Below are positions 8,773 to 18,700 of a stretch of DNA of 64,000 bases, in pieces. The DNA lies in assembly GCA_045641065.1 (NCBI GenBank), contig JAZUGF010000013.1, forward strand, positions 1,045 through 65,044, in the 5' to 3' direction. The notes beneath the pieces were generated by a model. It saw nothing but the letters and a program-made list of their open reading frames with translations, was not told the origin of the DNA and ran no database searches. The translations under genes were made by a program, and so were the position numbers. The stretch's first letter is position 1. Each line of letters begins with the position of its first letter. The DNA is from Paludibacteraceae bacterium (GTDB lineage: Bacteria; Bacteroidota; Bacteroidia; Bacteroidales; Paludibacteraceae).

Positions 8773-9984
8773 ATGGAACAAAAAACAAAGAATGAACTAT
8801 TATTTGTGCAGATAGCCACGGTTATCGGCTTCGCTTCTGTATGTGGTATGTTTTACTATCTTGATGGGGGAAATCCTACTGAAGAGATAGTAAATACAGA
8901 GATAACCATTCCTGAATATCAATCGGACAAAACGACTGACAATAGCAGAATTGCAAGTTATGAAACTGCCCTGGCTATTGAACATCGTAAACAAGAAGTT
9001 CAGGATGCACAAAAGGAATTCAACACATTTGATTTCTTTAATAATGAAGCGGATGTTCCTGAACAGACGGAAACTTCAATAGACGATAGAATAGCTCAGT
9101 TAGAAGCAAAAATAGGAGAGAGTGCAAAAGAATCTGAAGAACCCAAAGCAGAGCCAGTTAAAGTTTCAACTCCAGTGCGTAGCGTGCAAAGAACAGGGGG
9201 CAAGCGAGCTGAAACAAATGAAGAAAAGAACAAAAGAATTATAGATGAGAAACGCAAACAATTCATCTATAAAAGCAAGAAACAAATGTTCTCCACTGGT
9301 GTCCTGGTTGATGATGATTTATGCTTTGTCCGACAACTGACACCAGAAGAGGTGGCTATGGGATATGACGCATTTGTACACAGAGAAAATAACAAAAACA
9401 TAGCACAAAACACTCCTGTCGCAACTGCAACAAACCAGGAAAAACCGAAAAAATCAAATGGTTTCAAACCAATGGAAGAAAAGCAAACTAAGGGAGAAAA
9501 GGGAGCTATTCGTGCCGTTGTTCATGGAGAGCAAAAGAATGTAACAACTTCTAGTCAGGTGCAATTACGTATTCTAGATGAAATTGAGATTGATGGCACA
9601 ACAATTCCTAGGAATACTATTATCTATGGTCAAGCTCGGTTTCAAAATAATAGAATGGGTGTGCATATTGAAAATATCGCTTATAACAACAATGTTTACC
9701 CTTTCAAGGGCATAATATACGACAAGGATGGATTCGAAGGTCTATATGTACCAGACAATCTAATCAATGATGTGAGCAAAGAGTCTTCAAGTAATTCTAT
9801 CAGTAGCAGCTCTGGTGTCAATCAAATGACTACAGGTATGGCAAGTGGTAATGTTGGTGGTGTCTTGGTGGGTGCTGTGAGAACAACAGCATCTTCAATC
9901 AAAGGTGCTACTAGCAACAAAATAAAAGAGACAAAGATAACATTGCCTGCCAATTATAAGATTTTGATCAAAGTTAAGCAATGA
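8773..9984 (+). CDS. traM: TraM conjugal transfer protein
   Basis: The ATG at 8773 lies just after the traK stop; the track start at 8713 would overlap traK. TM anchor, charged linker, and a C-terminal beta-rich domain (IRAVVHGEQ…LRILDEIEIDGTTIPRNT…GIIYDKDGFEGLYVP) typical of TraM. Confidence 0.7.
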   Translation: MEQKTKNELLFVQIATVIGFASVCGMFYYLDGGNPTEEIVNTEITIPEYQSDKTTDNSRIASYETALAIEHRKQEVQDAQKEFNTFDFFNNEADVPEQTETSIDDRIAQLEAKIGESAKESEEPKAEPVKVSTPVRSVQRTGGKRAETNEEKNKRIIDEKRKQFIYKSKKQMFSTGVLVDDDLCFVRQLTPEEVAMGYDAFVHRENNKNIAQNTPVATATNQEKPKKSNGFKPMEEKQTKGEKGAIRAVVHGEQKNVTTSSQVQLRILDEIEIDGTTIPRNTIIYGQARFQNNRMGVHIENIAYNNNVYPFKGIIYDKDGFEGLYVPDNLINDVSKESSSNSISSSSGVNQMTTGMASGNVGGVLVGAVRTTASSIKGATSNKIKETKITLPANYKILIKVKQ

Positions 9985-10089
9985 CATAAATATTTTAATG
10001 AAAATTATGCAGAGAAGTGGTAGATGATTGAGAAATTATCTGCCACTATTTTTGTTGACTATAAAAGAACAAAAAACAAACCATAAATC

Positions 10090-11103
10090 ATGAACGGAAA
10101 GAAAGATGATGTTATGGCACTGTGGGAAACATTTCAGAACATAAGTGTCAAACGAGGTGGACTCAAAAAGAGTTCTATTCAGACATTTGAGACAACTCGA
10201 AAAAGCTTGATCAAATTCAAATCGTGGTTGGTAACAAATGGACAAGACAAAGATTTTGTTTTGACTTATGACTACCTTGCACATTCAGGTGTCGACGAAT
10301 TCTATGAGTTTCTTATATCTGAGAATCTTAAGAACACGACAATTCACAAAAGATTTATCTATTACAAGAAATTCCTTTATTGGCTTGGAGACAAAGGATA
10401 TGTAACAGAAGGTGTGGTTCGAAAGATTGAAGAGCCACGACTCCAAACAATCCAGAAGAAAGTTGTATATCTAACGGTAGAAGAGCTTCAAACTTTTTAT
10501 AGAAGCAACATATCGGGTATGGGAAGAATGGCTGAAGAAGTCAGAGATTCTTTTGTTTTTGCTTGTTTTACAGGTCTTAGATTTTCGGATCTTATTAAAT
10601 TCAACTGGGATGAGGTGGAGTTTAAAGAGAACAGAATCGCATTTGTTTCTCAAAAGACATCCCACCTGACATATGTTGAGCTCAACAATGTTTCAAAAGG
10701 GATTCTGATTAAACAGTTTAAGAAGAAGATATCCAATTTAGTTTTTGAAATTCCTCATTATACAATCACTTATAACAAAATACTGAAAAGGATAGCTCGC
10801 AAACTGAGATTTATGCGAGTTATCGAACAGACTCAATATTCGGGGACAGCAAAAGTTGTTACAAGGACAAGATTGTGGGAGTCTCTGAGTTCACACACCG
10901 CCAGACGCACATTCGTTTGTTTGTGTCTTCACCTCGATATCAGACACGAAATGGTAATGAAGTGGACTGGTCACACTACATACAAAGGTATTAAGCCATA
11001 TATAGATGTCATGGATTCTGCTCGTCAAGAACAAATGGACAAACTAAATGCGTGGGAATCTAATAATAAGACTTCCACTGATGACAATAAAGGTGAAAAA
11101 TAA
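10090..11103 (+). CDS. Tyrosine recombinase / site-specific integrase
   Basis: Catalytic signature present: GLRFSDL (Arg I), HTARRTF (H-x-x-R), WTGHTTYKGIKPY (His/Tyr region). N-terminal SAM-like domain. Confidence 0.9.
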   Translation: MNGKKDDVMALWETFQNISVKRGGLKKSSIQTFETTRKSLIKFKSWLVTNGQDKDFVLTYDYLAHSGVDEFYEFLISENLKNTTIHKRFIYYKKFLYWLGDKGYVTEGVVRKIEEPRLQTIQKKVVYLTVEELQTFYRSNISGMGRMAEEVRDSFVFACFTGLRFSDLIKFNWDEVEFKENRIAFVSQKTSHLTYVELNNVSKGILIKQFKKKISNLVFEIPHYTITYNKILKRIARKLRFMRVIEQTQYSGTAKVVTRTRLWESLSSHTARRTFVCLCLHLDIRHEMVMKWTGHTTYKGIKPYIDVMDSARQEQMDKLNAWESNNKTSTDDNKGEK

Positions 11104-11113
11104 ATGATTTTGG

Positions 11114-12229
11114 CTATACTACATCTGCCAAATGGTCGACTAGTCTCCGCTTTTGGATTCTCAAGAAATCGTCTCGTCTAATTGCACGACGGTTTTTGAA
11201 TCGCTTGTCAAATAGCTTTACGACATTGCCATTAAACCATACATTAGGATTGAACTTAAAGAGCTTTGTTTCTGAATCACGGTATATTAATCCCGAATTT
11301 AGAATATCAGCTATTAATGTGTAACAGTTTGATTTTTTGTTGTTTAATGATGTTATAATCATTTCTCGCATCATTCTGGCATTGTCTTCGTCCTCTGGAA
11401 GGAATTGTTCTGTAATACAGGCAATAACCTTAAAAGAGGACTTTTTCTTTATGTTGAGAAGAGATTTAGAAAATTTATTGCGAAAAAGCTTGAAAAAGGG
11501 GACATTGGAACGACTATCGTCTTTCTCAACATAAGCACCTATTTTTGTATTACCATTTTTTTCTTTACTTGACTGAGGTGCAAGAACATCAAGGATGCTT
11601 GAATCTATCTTTTTCTTGTCTAACTCCTTTTTTGTCAAAACCTTAACTTTTTTGTTTGCTTCGCCAGAATAAGACTCTGGAGTGACATTTCCACAACTTA
11701 AAATGTTAGGGTTTATATAATATGTCATCGCTTGACGTTTCCCTTTAGGTCTCGAAATTAAACCTCCAAAAATCAAATCGTTAATGGCATAGTTATATGT
11801 GCTGTCGCAATTAAAAAAATACTTTTTCCATAGTATATCCTTATCAAAAGTAACGACATTCACATTTTTCTTCTTATCTATTTGTATGTGATCAAGAAGA
11901 TAAGCAAACAAATGAGCTGATCTGATGGTCATGAAGTCAGCAAATAGTTTTTTTGTCTCTGGAGTCTGATGTAAACGGACAAATTTTCTATCATCTGTAA
12001 TGATGTCGGCAATATCCATAAGTCCTGAGTCCTCGGCATTCTCTTTTGAACGGAGTTTCTCTAATTCGTCATAGACCTTTGTCGGACTTAAATTATTGAA
12101 GTTTGGATAATTAGCATCATTGGGAACAATGCTTGTTTTGCTTATTTTGCGTCCTGTCGCCTTGTTTGTGTGGTAGGTCAAGTCTGGCAACAGAGAGACT
12201 AAAACCTCCTTTTTGTTTATTGTTTTCAT
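11114..12229 (-). CDS. Hypothetical protein with two internally repeated winged-helix-like modules
   Basis: 371 aa. Module 1 is …YAINDLIFGGLISRP…YYINPNILSCGNV and module 2 is …YTLIADILNSGLIYRD…FKFNPNVWFNGNV. Convergent with the integrase. A TActTTTG box lies upstream. Confidence 0.6.
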   Translation of the reverse strand: MKTINKKEVLVSLLPDLTYHTNKATGRKISKTSIVPNDANYPNFNNLSPTKVYDELEKLRSKENAEDSGLMDIADIITDDRKFVRLHQTPETKKLFADFMTIRSAHLFAYLLDHIQIDKKKNVNVVTFDKDILWKKYFFNCDSTYNYAINDLIFGGLISRPKGKRQAMTYYINPNILSCGNVTPESYSGEANKKVKVLTKKELDKKKIDSSILDVLAPQSSKEKNGNTKIGAYVEKDDSRSNVPFFKLFRNKFSKSLLNIKKKSSFKVIACITEQFLPEDEDNARMMREMIITSLNNKKSNCYTLIADILNSGLIYRDSETKLFKFNPNVWFNGNVVKLFDKRFKNRRAIRRDDFLRIQKRRLVDHLADVV

Positions 12230-12254
12230 ATCGATTATAGAAAAATTTCAATTG

Positions 12255-12262
12255 CAAAAGTA
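12255..12262 (-). promoter_or_regulatory. -7 promoter box (TActTTTG on the minus strand)
   Basis: The plus strand reads CAAAAGTA, ~26 nt upstream of the minus-strand ATG at 12229. Confidence 0.4.
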
Positions 12263-12910
12263 AATAGATTATTCGGATTAACAACAAAAAAAAGAGAAAA
12301 TGTTGCCATATTCTCTTTCCTTTGACTTCCTTCACGCTTCCCAGCTTTCCAGAAATGTGAAATTTTTCTATATTACAATTTAACCTTTTAATAAAAAGTT
12401 TTTATCTTTTTCCTTGTTTGATAGTGCAAAAGTAGTGATAATTATTGACTCTTGCAAATTTCGGTCCCTTTTTATAGTCAATAGAGTATCTTTTTTTGAC
12501 AATAAAGTTACAATATAGAACTATAAGAGAGTCCGCTCACATTTGTCTAATGCTCAAATAATTGCAACACTAAAATTCCGTAAAATTTGGGAAGTTGTTT
12601 TTTATTTTTCCACAAAACTTGGGAAGTTTTATTCTCGGATTGCATAATATAACATTAAACTTTTTTATTTCAAAGCGAAAAATTTGAATCACATGCTTGT
12701 TTTTCAAATTAAAGTATGTAATTTTGCATCGCTTTTGAAACATAGAGCAATAAACGATAAAGTAGAATTATCTCATTTCACAATGAAATAACTCTTTTGC
12801 ATAATATCATTAAAATAAAAATTTTAATGCTTTTTTTCTCAATTATGATTATCCCTCCCGACAAATTCAAACTCGCTAGTTTTGAAATTTATAAAAAAGG
12901 TTAATCAATT

Positions 12911-12987
12911 TGGCGGTATGGACGGGACTCGAACCCGCGACCCCATGCGTGACAGGCATGTATTCTAACCAGCTGAACTACCACACC
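12911..12987 (-). tRNA. tRNA-Asp (GTC), CCA encoded
   Basis: Manual cloverleaf: acceptor GGTGTGG/CCATACC, anticodon loop CTGTCAC, T-loop TTCGAGT, 3' GCCA. Confidence 0.9.
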
Positions 12988-13027
12988 AATTTTTCTATGT
13001 AAGCTAAAGTTTGTTTAGCAAACTCAG

Positions 13028-13114
13028 CGGAGAGAGAGGGATTCGAACCCCCGGTACCCTTACGAGTACACCGGTTTTCAAGACCGGCTCATTCGACCAC
13101 TCTGACATCTCTCC
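13028..13114 (-). tRNA. tRNA-Ser (TGA), long variable arm
   Basis: Acceptor GGAGAGA/TCTCTCC, anticodon loop CTTGAAA, extended variable arm, T-loop TTCGAAT. No encoded CCA. Confidence 0.9.
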
Positions 13115-13146
13115 AAAGTCTTTAACAAAACTTTCGTCTTGTTTAG

Positions 13147-13219
13147 TGAACCGGGTGGGGGTCGAACCCACGACCCACAGATTAAGAGTCTGTTGCTCTA
13201 CCAACTGAGCTACCGATCC
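13147..13219 (-). tRNA. tRNA-Lys (CTT)
   Basis: Acceptor GGATCGG/CCGGTTC, anticodon stem-loop ACAGA-CTCTTAA-TCTGT, T-loop TTCGACC. No encoded CCA. Confidence 0.9.
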
Positions 13220-13263
13220 ATTGTCTTTAACTGACTTTGTTTGGTCGTTTCTTAAAAACGATG

Positions 13264-13271
13264 CAAAGGTA
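13264..13271 (-). promoter_or_regulatory. -7 box (TAccTTTG, minus strand) for the tRNA cluster
   Basis: The plus strand reads CAAAGGTA, ~45 nt upstream of the tRNA-Lys 5' end. Confidence 0.4.
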
Positions 13272-13376
13272 ACGCTTTTTTGATTAACTCCAAATATTTG
13301 GAACAAAAAAATGCAAAAAAATCTTCAAAAACCTCATTTTTCGCTAAATTTGCCCAAAAATCACATGTAAAGAGAC

Positions 13377-15674
13377 ATGAAAAGACTTTTTTATCTCATA
13401 TTTTCACTTGCTGCTTTGCTTTACATTGCGTCGTGCTCGACCACAAAATACGTGGCCGATGGTGATTTTTTACTTGATGAGATAGATTTAACTTGTGATG
13501 ATCCCTCTGTTGATGCCGCTGATCTTTATGATTATGTGATCCAACACCCGAATACGCCAGGAACTTTCTTTAATAAAACATCACTTCGTTTATATTCTTT
13601 ATCAGGAAGAGATACGTCGAAGTGGATGAATAAGCTGATTCGTAAAATTGGCGAACCTCCCGTCATCTTTTCTGAAGAGAGCACCAAACTTTCAGCAAAA
13701 GAGATTAAGTCTCAACTTTTCAATATCGGCTATTTCAATGCCGACGTTACTTATGATGTCACTAAAGAAGGCAAGAAGGCGGTAGTCGTCTATGATGTAA
13801 AGGCTGGTGACCCTTATCGGATTCGTAATGTGGATGAGTCTGTCGACGGTGGTCTTATCGATGACATCATGCATTCAAAAAATTTTCTTGACGATGATAA
13901 GGTAAGGCAAGGAATAAAATATAATGCGGAAAATATCGACTCCAGAGTGGGGGATATTGTTTCTTTCGTGCGAAACCAAGGTTATTATAATTTCACAAAA
14001 GATAATCTCTACTATTCCGTCGACTCTACTCTTGGTTCTAATGAGGTGGATTTAAAACTCAATCTTCATGTAGATACATCAAAGGCTGGTCATCCGCTTA
14101 CTCGATACCGCACGAGCAATGTCATTGTGAATGTTTGTGACAATCGTGGATTTGCAGGTGAATTTGATACGACGTTATACAAGCGTCTAACTATCGTTTC
14201 TCCTAAAGGTCGACGTTTCTTACGTCCAAGCACTATCTATAACAATACTTTTGTACGACAGGGTAGATTGTTCAGTGAGATGCTTCACGACCGTACCTTC
14301 TCTGCTCTTTCGGGATTGTCTGCTGTGCAAACTGCTAATGTCACTTATACTCCAGATACAATGCCGGAGTCGCTTATTGCTAATATATCAATCACTCCGT
14401 CTAAACCATATTATATCCAATGGGGTATTGACAATACAAATACGGCTGGCGACTTGGGTGTGGAAACCTACGTCACATACCAAGATAAGAATATCTTTAA
14501 GGGAAGCGAGATTTGGAGAATCCGTTTAGGTGGAGCTTACGAGATGGTAAGAGGAGCAAAAGAGAAGGGTTTTGATTCTCAAAATTTCTGGGAGTCGAGT
14601 ATTAACACTTCTTTGGCTTTTCCTAGAGTCCTTTCTCCAATCTTCAATGATTCATATGCGGCTCGACAGGGAAAAACTATCTTCTCCACTGGTTTTGTCT
14701 GGCAGAACCGTCCAGAATTCAAGAAACGATATTTGACTTTCGACTGGAAATATACGTGGGCCACTCGACGCAATCGTTTCAGCCATACTCTTGATCTTTA
14801 CAATATCACATATACTATTGTGCCATGGGTGTTGCCTAAGTTTAGAACTCTTTATCTTGAAGATGCCTCTACTAGTGCGTTGTTGAAGCAGAACTACACT
14901 AATCAGTTTATCACTCGTTCAAGTTACACATTTGCATATACAAGTGCATCAACTACTGCATCGGCTTTGATGAAGGCAAAGAAGGCTCCCAAGTCGACTA
15001 CGAATTTCAGTTTTATGATCGACATGTCTGGCACATTGCCGTCTGGACTTGTTCGTTTGTTTGATTCTCCTAAGAATGCTGACGGATTTTATGAAATCAT
15101 GGGAGTGCCGTTTAGCCAATACGCTCGTTTTGATATCGACTACAGTCGCACATTCCGTTTGGGACTCCATCAATCGTTGGCTCTACACATTGGAGGAGGA
15201 ATCGCGTCGCCATATGGCAATTCTGATCAGATTCCATACGAGCGAAGATATTTTGCAGGAGGTCCGAATTCAGTTCGTGGATGGAGTACGCGTGAACTTG
15301 GTCCGGGAAGATATGTGAGTAAGGGATCCGCCGATTTCTTCAACCAGACGGGAGATGTGAAATTGCTTGCACAGGCTGAGTTAAGATTCCATACAGAAGG
15401 AATTTTTGAATATGCTATCTTCGCCGACGCGGGAAATGTGTGGACTATCAAGGATTATGAGAATCAGCCAGGAGGAAAGATTGTGTTGGATGAGTTGGCA
15501 CGAGACTTGGCAGCCAGTGTGGGAGCTGGAGTCAGATTGGATTTGTCGTTCATACTGGTCAGATTGGATATTGGAATGAAAGGATATGATCCGTCGACGG
15601 GGGAGTGGAATATCGCGTCGCCAAAATTCAAAAGAGACGTCACTTTCCACTTTGCTATTGGATATCCTTTTTAA
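13377..15674 (+). CDS. BamA/TamA (Omp85, surface antigen D15) family outer membrane protein
   Basis: Lipoprotein-type signal (…YIASC). The C-terminal beta-barrel carries RYFAGGPNSVRGW and ends in …GYPF. Confidence 0.85.
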   Translation: MKRLFYLIFSLAALLYIASCSTTKYVADGDFLLDEIDLTCDDPSVDAADLYDYVIQHPNTPGTFFNKTSLRLYSLSGRDTSKWMNKLIRKIGEPPVIFSEESTKLSAKEIKSQLFNIGYFNADVTYDVTKEGKKAVVVYDVKAGDPYRIRNVDESVDGGLIDDIMHSKNFLDDDKVRQGIKYNAENIDSRVGDIVSFVRNQGYYNFTKDNLYYSVDSTLGSNEVDLKLNLHVDTSKAGHPLTRYRTSNVIVNVCDNRGFAGEFDTTLYKRLTIVSPKGRRFLRPSTIYNNTFVRQGRLFSEMLHDRTFSALSGLSAVQTANVTYTPDTMPESLIANISITPSKPYYIQWGIDNTNTAGDLGVETYVTYQDKNIFKGSEIWRIRLGGAYEMVRGAKEKGFDSQNFWESSINTSLAFPRVLSPIFNDSYAARQGKTIFSTGFVWQNRPEFKKRYLTFDWKYTWATRRNRFSHTLDLYNITYTIVPWVLPKFRTLYLEDASTSALLKQNYTNQFITRSSYTFAYTSASTTASALMKAKKAPKSTTNFSFMIDMSGTLPSGLVRLFDSPKNADGFYEIMGVPFSQYARFDIDYSRTFRLGLHQSLALHIGGGIASPYGNSDQIPYERRYFAGGPNSVRGWSTRELGPGRYVSKGSADFFNQTGDVKLLAQAELRFHTEGIFEYAIFADAGNVWTIKDYENQPGGKIVLDELARDLAASVGAGVRLDLSFILVRLDIGMKGYDPSTGEWNIASPKFKRDVTFHFAIGYPF

Positions 15675-15677
15675 TAA

Positions 15678-15713
15678 ATGCAGAATTAGGAATGATGTAT
15701 GCAGAATTAGGAA
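15678..15713 (+). promoter_or_regulatory. Two copies of ATGCAGAATTAGGAA spaced 21 bp apart, upstream of the HTCS promoter
   Basis: Identical 15-mers at 15678-15692 and 15699-15713; the -7 box follows at 15730. Confidence 0.5.
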
Positions 15714-15729
15714 ATGTAAAATTTTCTTC

Positions 15730-15737
15730 TAATTTTG
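15730..15737 (+). promoter_or_regulatory. -7 box (TAatTTTG)
   Basis: Consensus match 28 nt upstream of the ATG at 15765. Confidence 0.4.
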
Positions 15738-15764
15738 TATCCGTTTGATTGATGCATAGTGCCT

Positions 15765-18700
15765 ATGATTAGATTGTTACAATATAGACATAATATATTG
15801 GCTCTTTTGTTGTGCTTGCTCAATAGTGGAGCTATATACGGAGAAATCCAAAGCTATTTTTTTCATTATACGACTAAGGAGGGTCTTGCCAGCAACAATG
15901 TCCACGATATAGTGGAGGATCAGCATGGTTTTATTTGGCTTGCCACTCATTATGGAATCAGTCGTTTCGATGGTTGTTGTTTCCGAAACTATGAGCAGTC
16001 GAATTTCCCTGACATGAAGCGTAACGATACTTACCACGCTTTCAAATTGCCAAACGGTGATATCACTTTCGGTGGATCAAACTTCACTATCTATTCCTAC
16101 GATTATAAAAAACATACCTTCCACGATATTTCTGGTTTTGTGGCTGACGAGGCTCACAACTCTGATATCACTGGTTGCTCTATCCAACCTGACGGAGAGT
16201 GTCTGCTTACGTCCATTGGTATGGGTGTCTTCTCATACGATAAGAATGCCAACACTTTCCGCCCTATCTGCACCAAGATCAAGGATAAAAAGGTGCTTGA
16301 GGTCTTCAAGGATTTTAAGGGCAGATATTGGATAGGTTGTTATGGTGGTGTCTATATTGCTGATATTGAAGGTAATATACAGTTTGATTTCCGCCCAAGG
16401 ATTAATGAATTGATCAATAATATTCTTCAAATTGATCCTCTCCACCTTCTTCTATGTTCCAATGTCGGCTCGTTGTGGATGTCAGACTTGAATGGAGATA
16501 TTCCAAGTATAGAAAAAATCCCAACGCCTTTCCGTTCGGTGTCATCTATTTGTAAATCATCGGATAATACTATTTTGCTTGGCACATCTGGTGAAGGTCT
16601 TTGGCAGACGACATATTCTGATGGCAAATTCACATTTGATAGGATTGTTCCGATAAATAAAGCCGACGCTACAATGTCGAAGGTGAGCGCTATCTACGTC
16701 GACAGCAAAAAGAGAGCGTGGATTTCAACTAACGATAATGGTATCTGGTGTATCAACAGTATGTCGGACGCCAAGAGTTTCTCATCTATCGAATTGGGAA
16801 TTCCTAAATCCGTTGGCTCAAGTTTATGCCCTTGTGATGGTGGTCGTATGCTTCTTGCCACAGATGGCGCTGGTCTGATTTTGCTCGACTCTACAAATAA
16901 TGTATTGAAGCATTGGACAACTGCGAATGGTTTGCCATCCAACAATGTGCTTTCGATTGAGAAGTATCAGAAGGGATATATGCTTTCATTCTGGGGCGGC
17001 GATCCTGTATGCCTTACTTTGGAGGATAAAAAAATTCAGCCGATTAATTTTAATAAATTGCACACTCCGTTTTCATCTCAGTTGATGCAAACGAATACTG
17101 TCAAGAATATTCTAAAGAAGAAAGACGGTACATATTTGTTGTCGACGGGAGGTTATGGGGTCTACGAGTTGAATAACAATGTTGTATCAAATATTTTCCT
17201 AAATCCTAAACTTCTTCATGATTCTCAGGATTTGTGGATGGAGCAGGCTTTCCAGTTGTCCGACGGTAGTGTAAGGATTCTATCATCTCGTACTGTTTGG
17301 AGCAATCGTGACGGTGAGTTTAAGCCAGTTTATCCGGACATTGCTCAGGCTAATTCACAAAATCCACTGCTTTTCTTACAAGGTTGTGAGGATAAAGATG
17401 GAGGATATTTCGTGGTGGCAAACAGAGGAGTGTTTAGATTTTCTGCCGACGATTCCCATTATGAAACTCTTGATTTTCTGCCATCTGGAGAGTATTTTGC
17501 TATTCAGAAGACCGATGATGGCAAGTTGTGGGTGACAAGTACCAAGGGTATTATTGCCATCGACTACAAAAATAAAAGCTACGAAACGATATTCTCTGCC
17601 GAAGGTCTGTCTGGAGACTACTTCGTGAGAAAAGCGTCGTGTATGTCGGAGGATGGCAAACTAATGTTTGGTTGCAAACACGGTTTTGTATGCGTCAATC
17701 CTAAATATGTGTCTAAAGACGCTACTGAGCATCTCTCGTTCTCTGAATTGTATATCAACGAAGAGAAAGCAGACCTTGATCTAAACAAGAAAATTGTGTT
17801 GGATTACGGTCAGACTCATCTGAAACTTACCCTTGACGTAGTGAACTATGCCGAACCTAACACTTACGATCTACGCTACCGTGTGATGCCGGTGGATACG
17901 ATTTGGAATAGAGTGGCACCGTCGAGAGAGATAACCATCGACGTCTTGCCTGATGGGGATTTCGATATCGAGGTGGGAGTGTTTTCTCCAAACGGTAAAC
18001 TATACCAGGCTATCTCATTGCCATTGAAGGTGTTGCCTCCTTGGTGGAAATCCACACAATTCATTCTATTGTGTATCGCTCTCTTTATCGCTCTTGGATT
18101 CTTCGTCTCCAACAGACGTGTCGCTGCCTTGAAACGTAAGAAAGAGGAACTTCAAAAGGCTGTCGACGAAAAAACTGTTGATCTTAGAAATGCCAACGAG
18201 GTTTTGGTAAATCAGAAGAAAGCTATTGAGGAGAAGAATGAATCATTGCTTAACACATTGAAACTCAAGGATCAGCTGGTTTCGGTGGTGTCTCATGACC
18301 TTAAGAATCCGATGTTTGCCATCGTCACTACTCTTCGTCGAGTGATGTCGAACAACCAGAGTGAGGAGGTCTCGCGTCGACTTCTTTCAGACGCGACTTC
18401 AGAGGCAGAGAAGATTCAGCAAGAGATGGTGAAACTGCTTCAGTGGGCATCAAATTCTGAGCAGAAGATGAAGTGTGAGATCGGCAACGTCAACCTCACA
18501 AAACTTGTTGCGGATATCGTTACTTTCTTGCAACCGTTGTGCGACGAGAAGGAGATTACTTTGGAATTTTCCGTAGACAATCTTAGCCATAATGTCTTAG
18601 CCGATGAGAAGATGTTGGCTGTTGTGGTCAGAAACCTAATCTCAAATGCCATTAAGTTTACTGGTAGAGGCAAGAAAATAAAGGTCGGAGCCATTGAAGT

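Larger units (their letters stand above)
1..12910. mobile_element. Right-hand portion of an integrated Bacteroidetes-type conjugative (or remnant) element ending near the 3' end of tRNA-Asp
   Basis: tra genes plus an integrase, followed by a 680-bp AT-rich non-coding arm and then the tRNA cluster. The left end is outside the window and the exact right boundary is not determined. Confidence 0.65.

Noticed and set aside
13004-13306. 100-aa minus-strand and 65-aa plus-strand ORFs across the tRNA cluster.
   Set aside because: They overlap three well-folded tRNA genes, and their reading frames are incidental.
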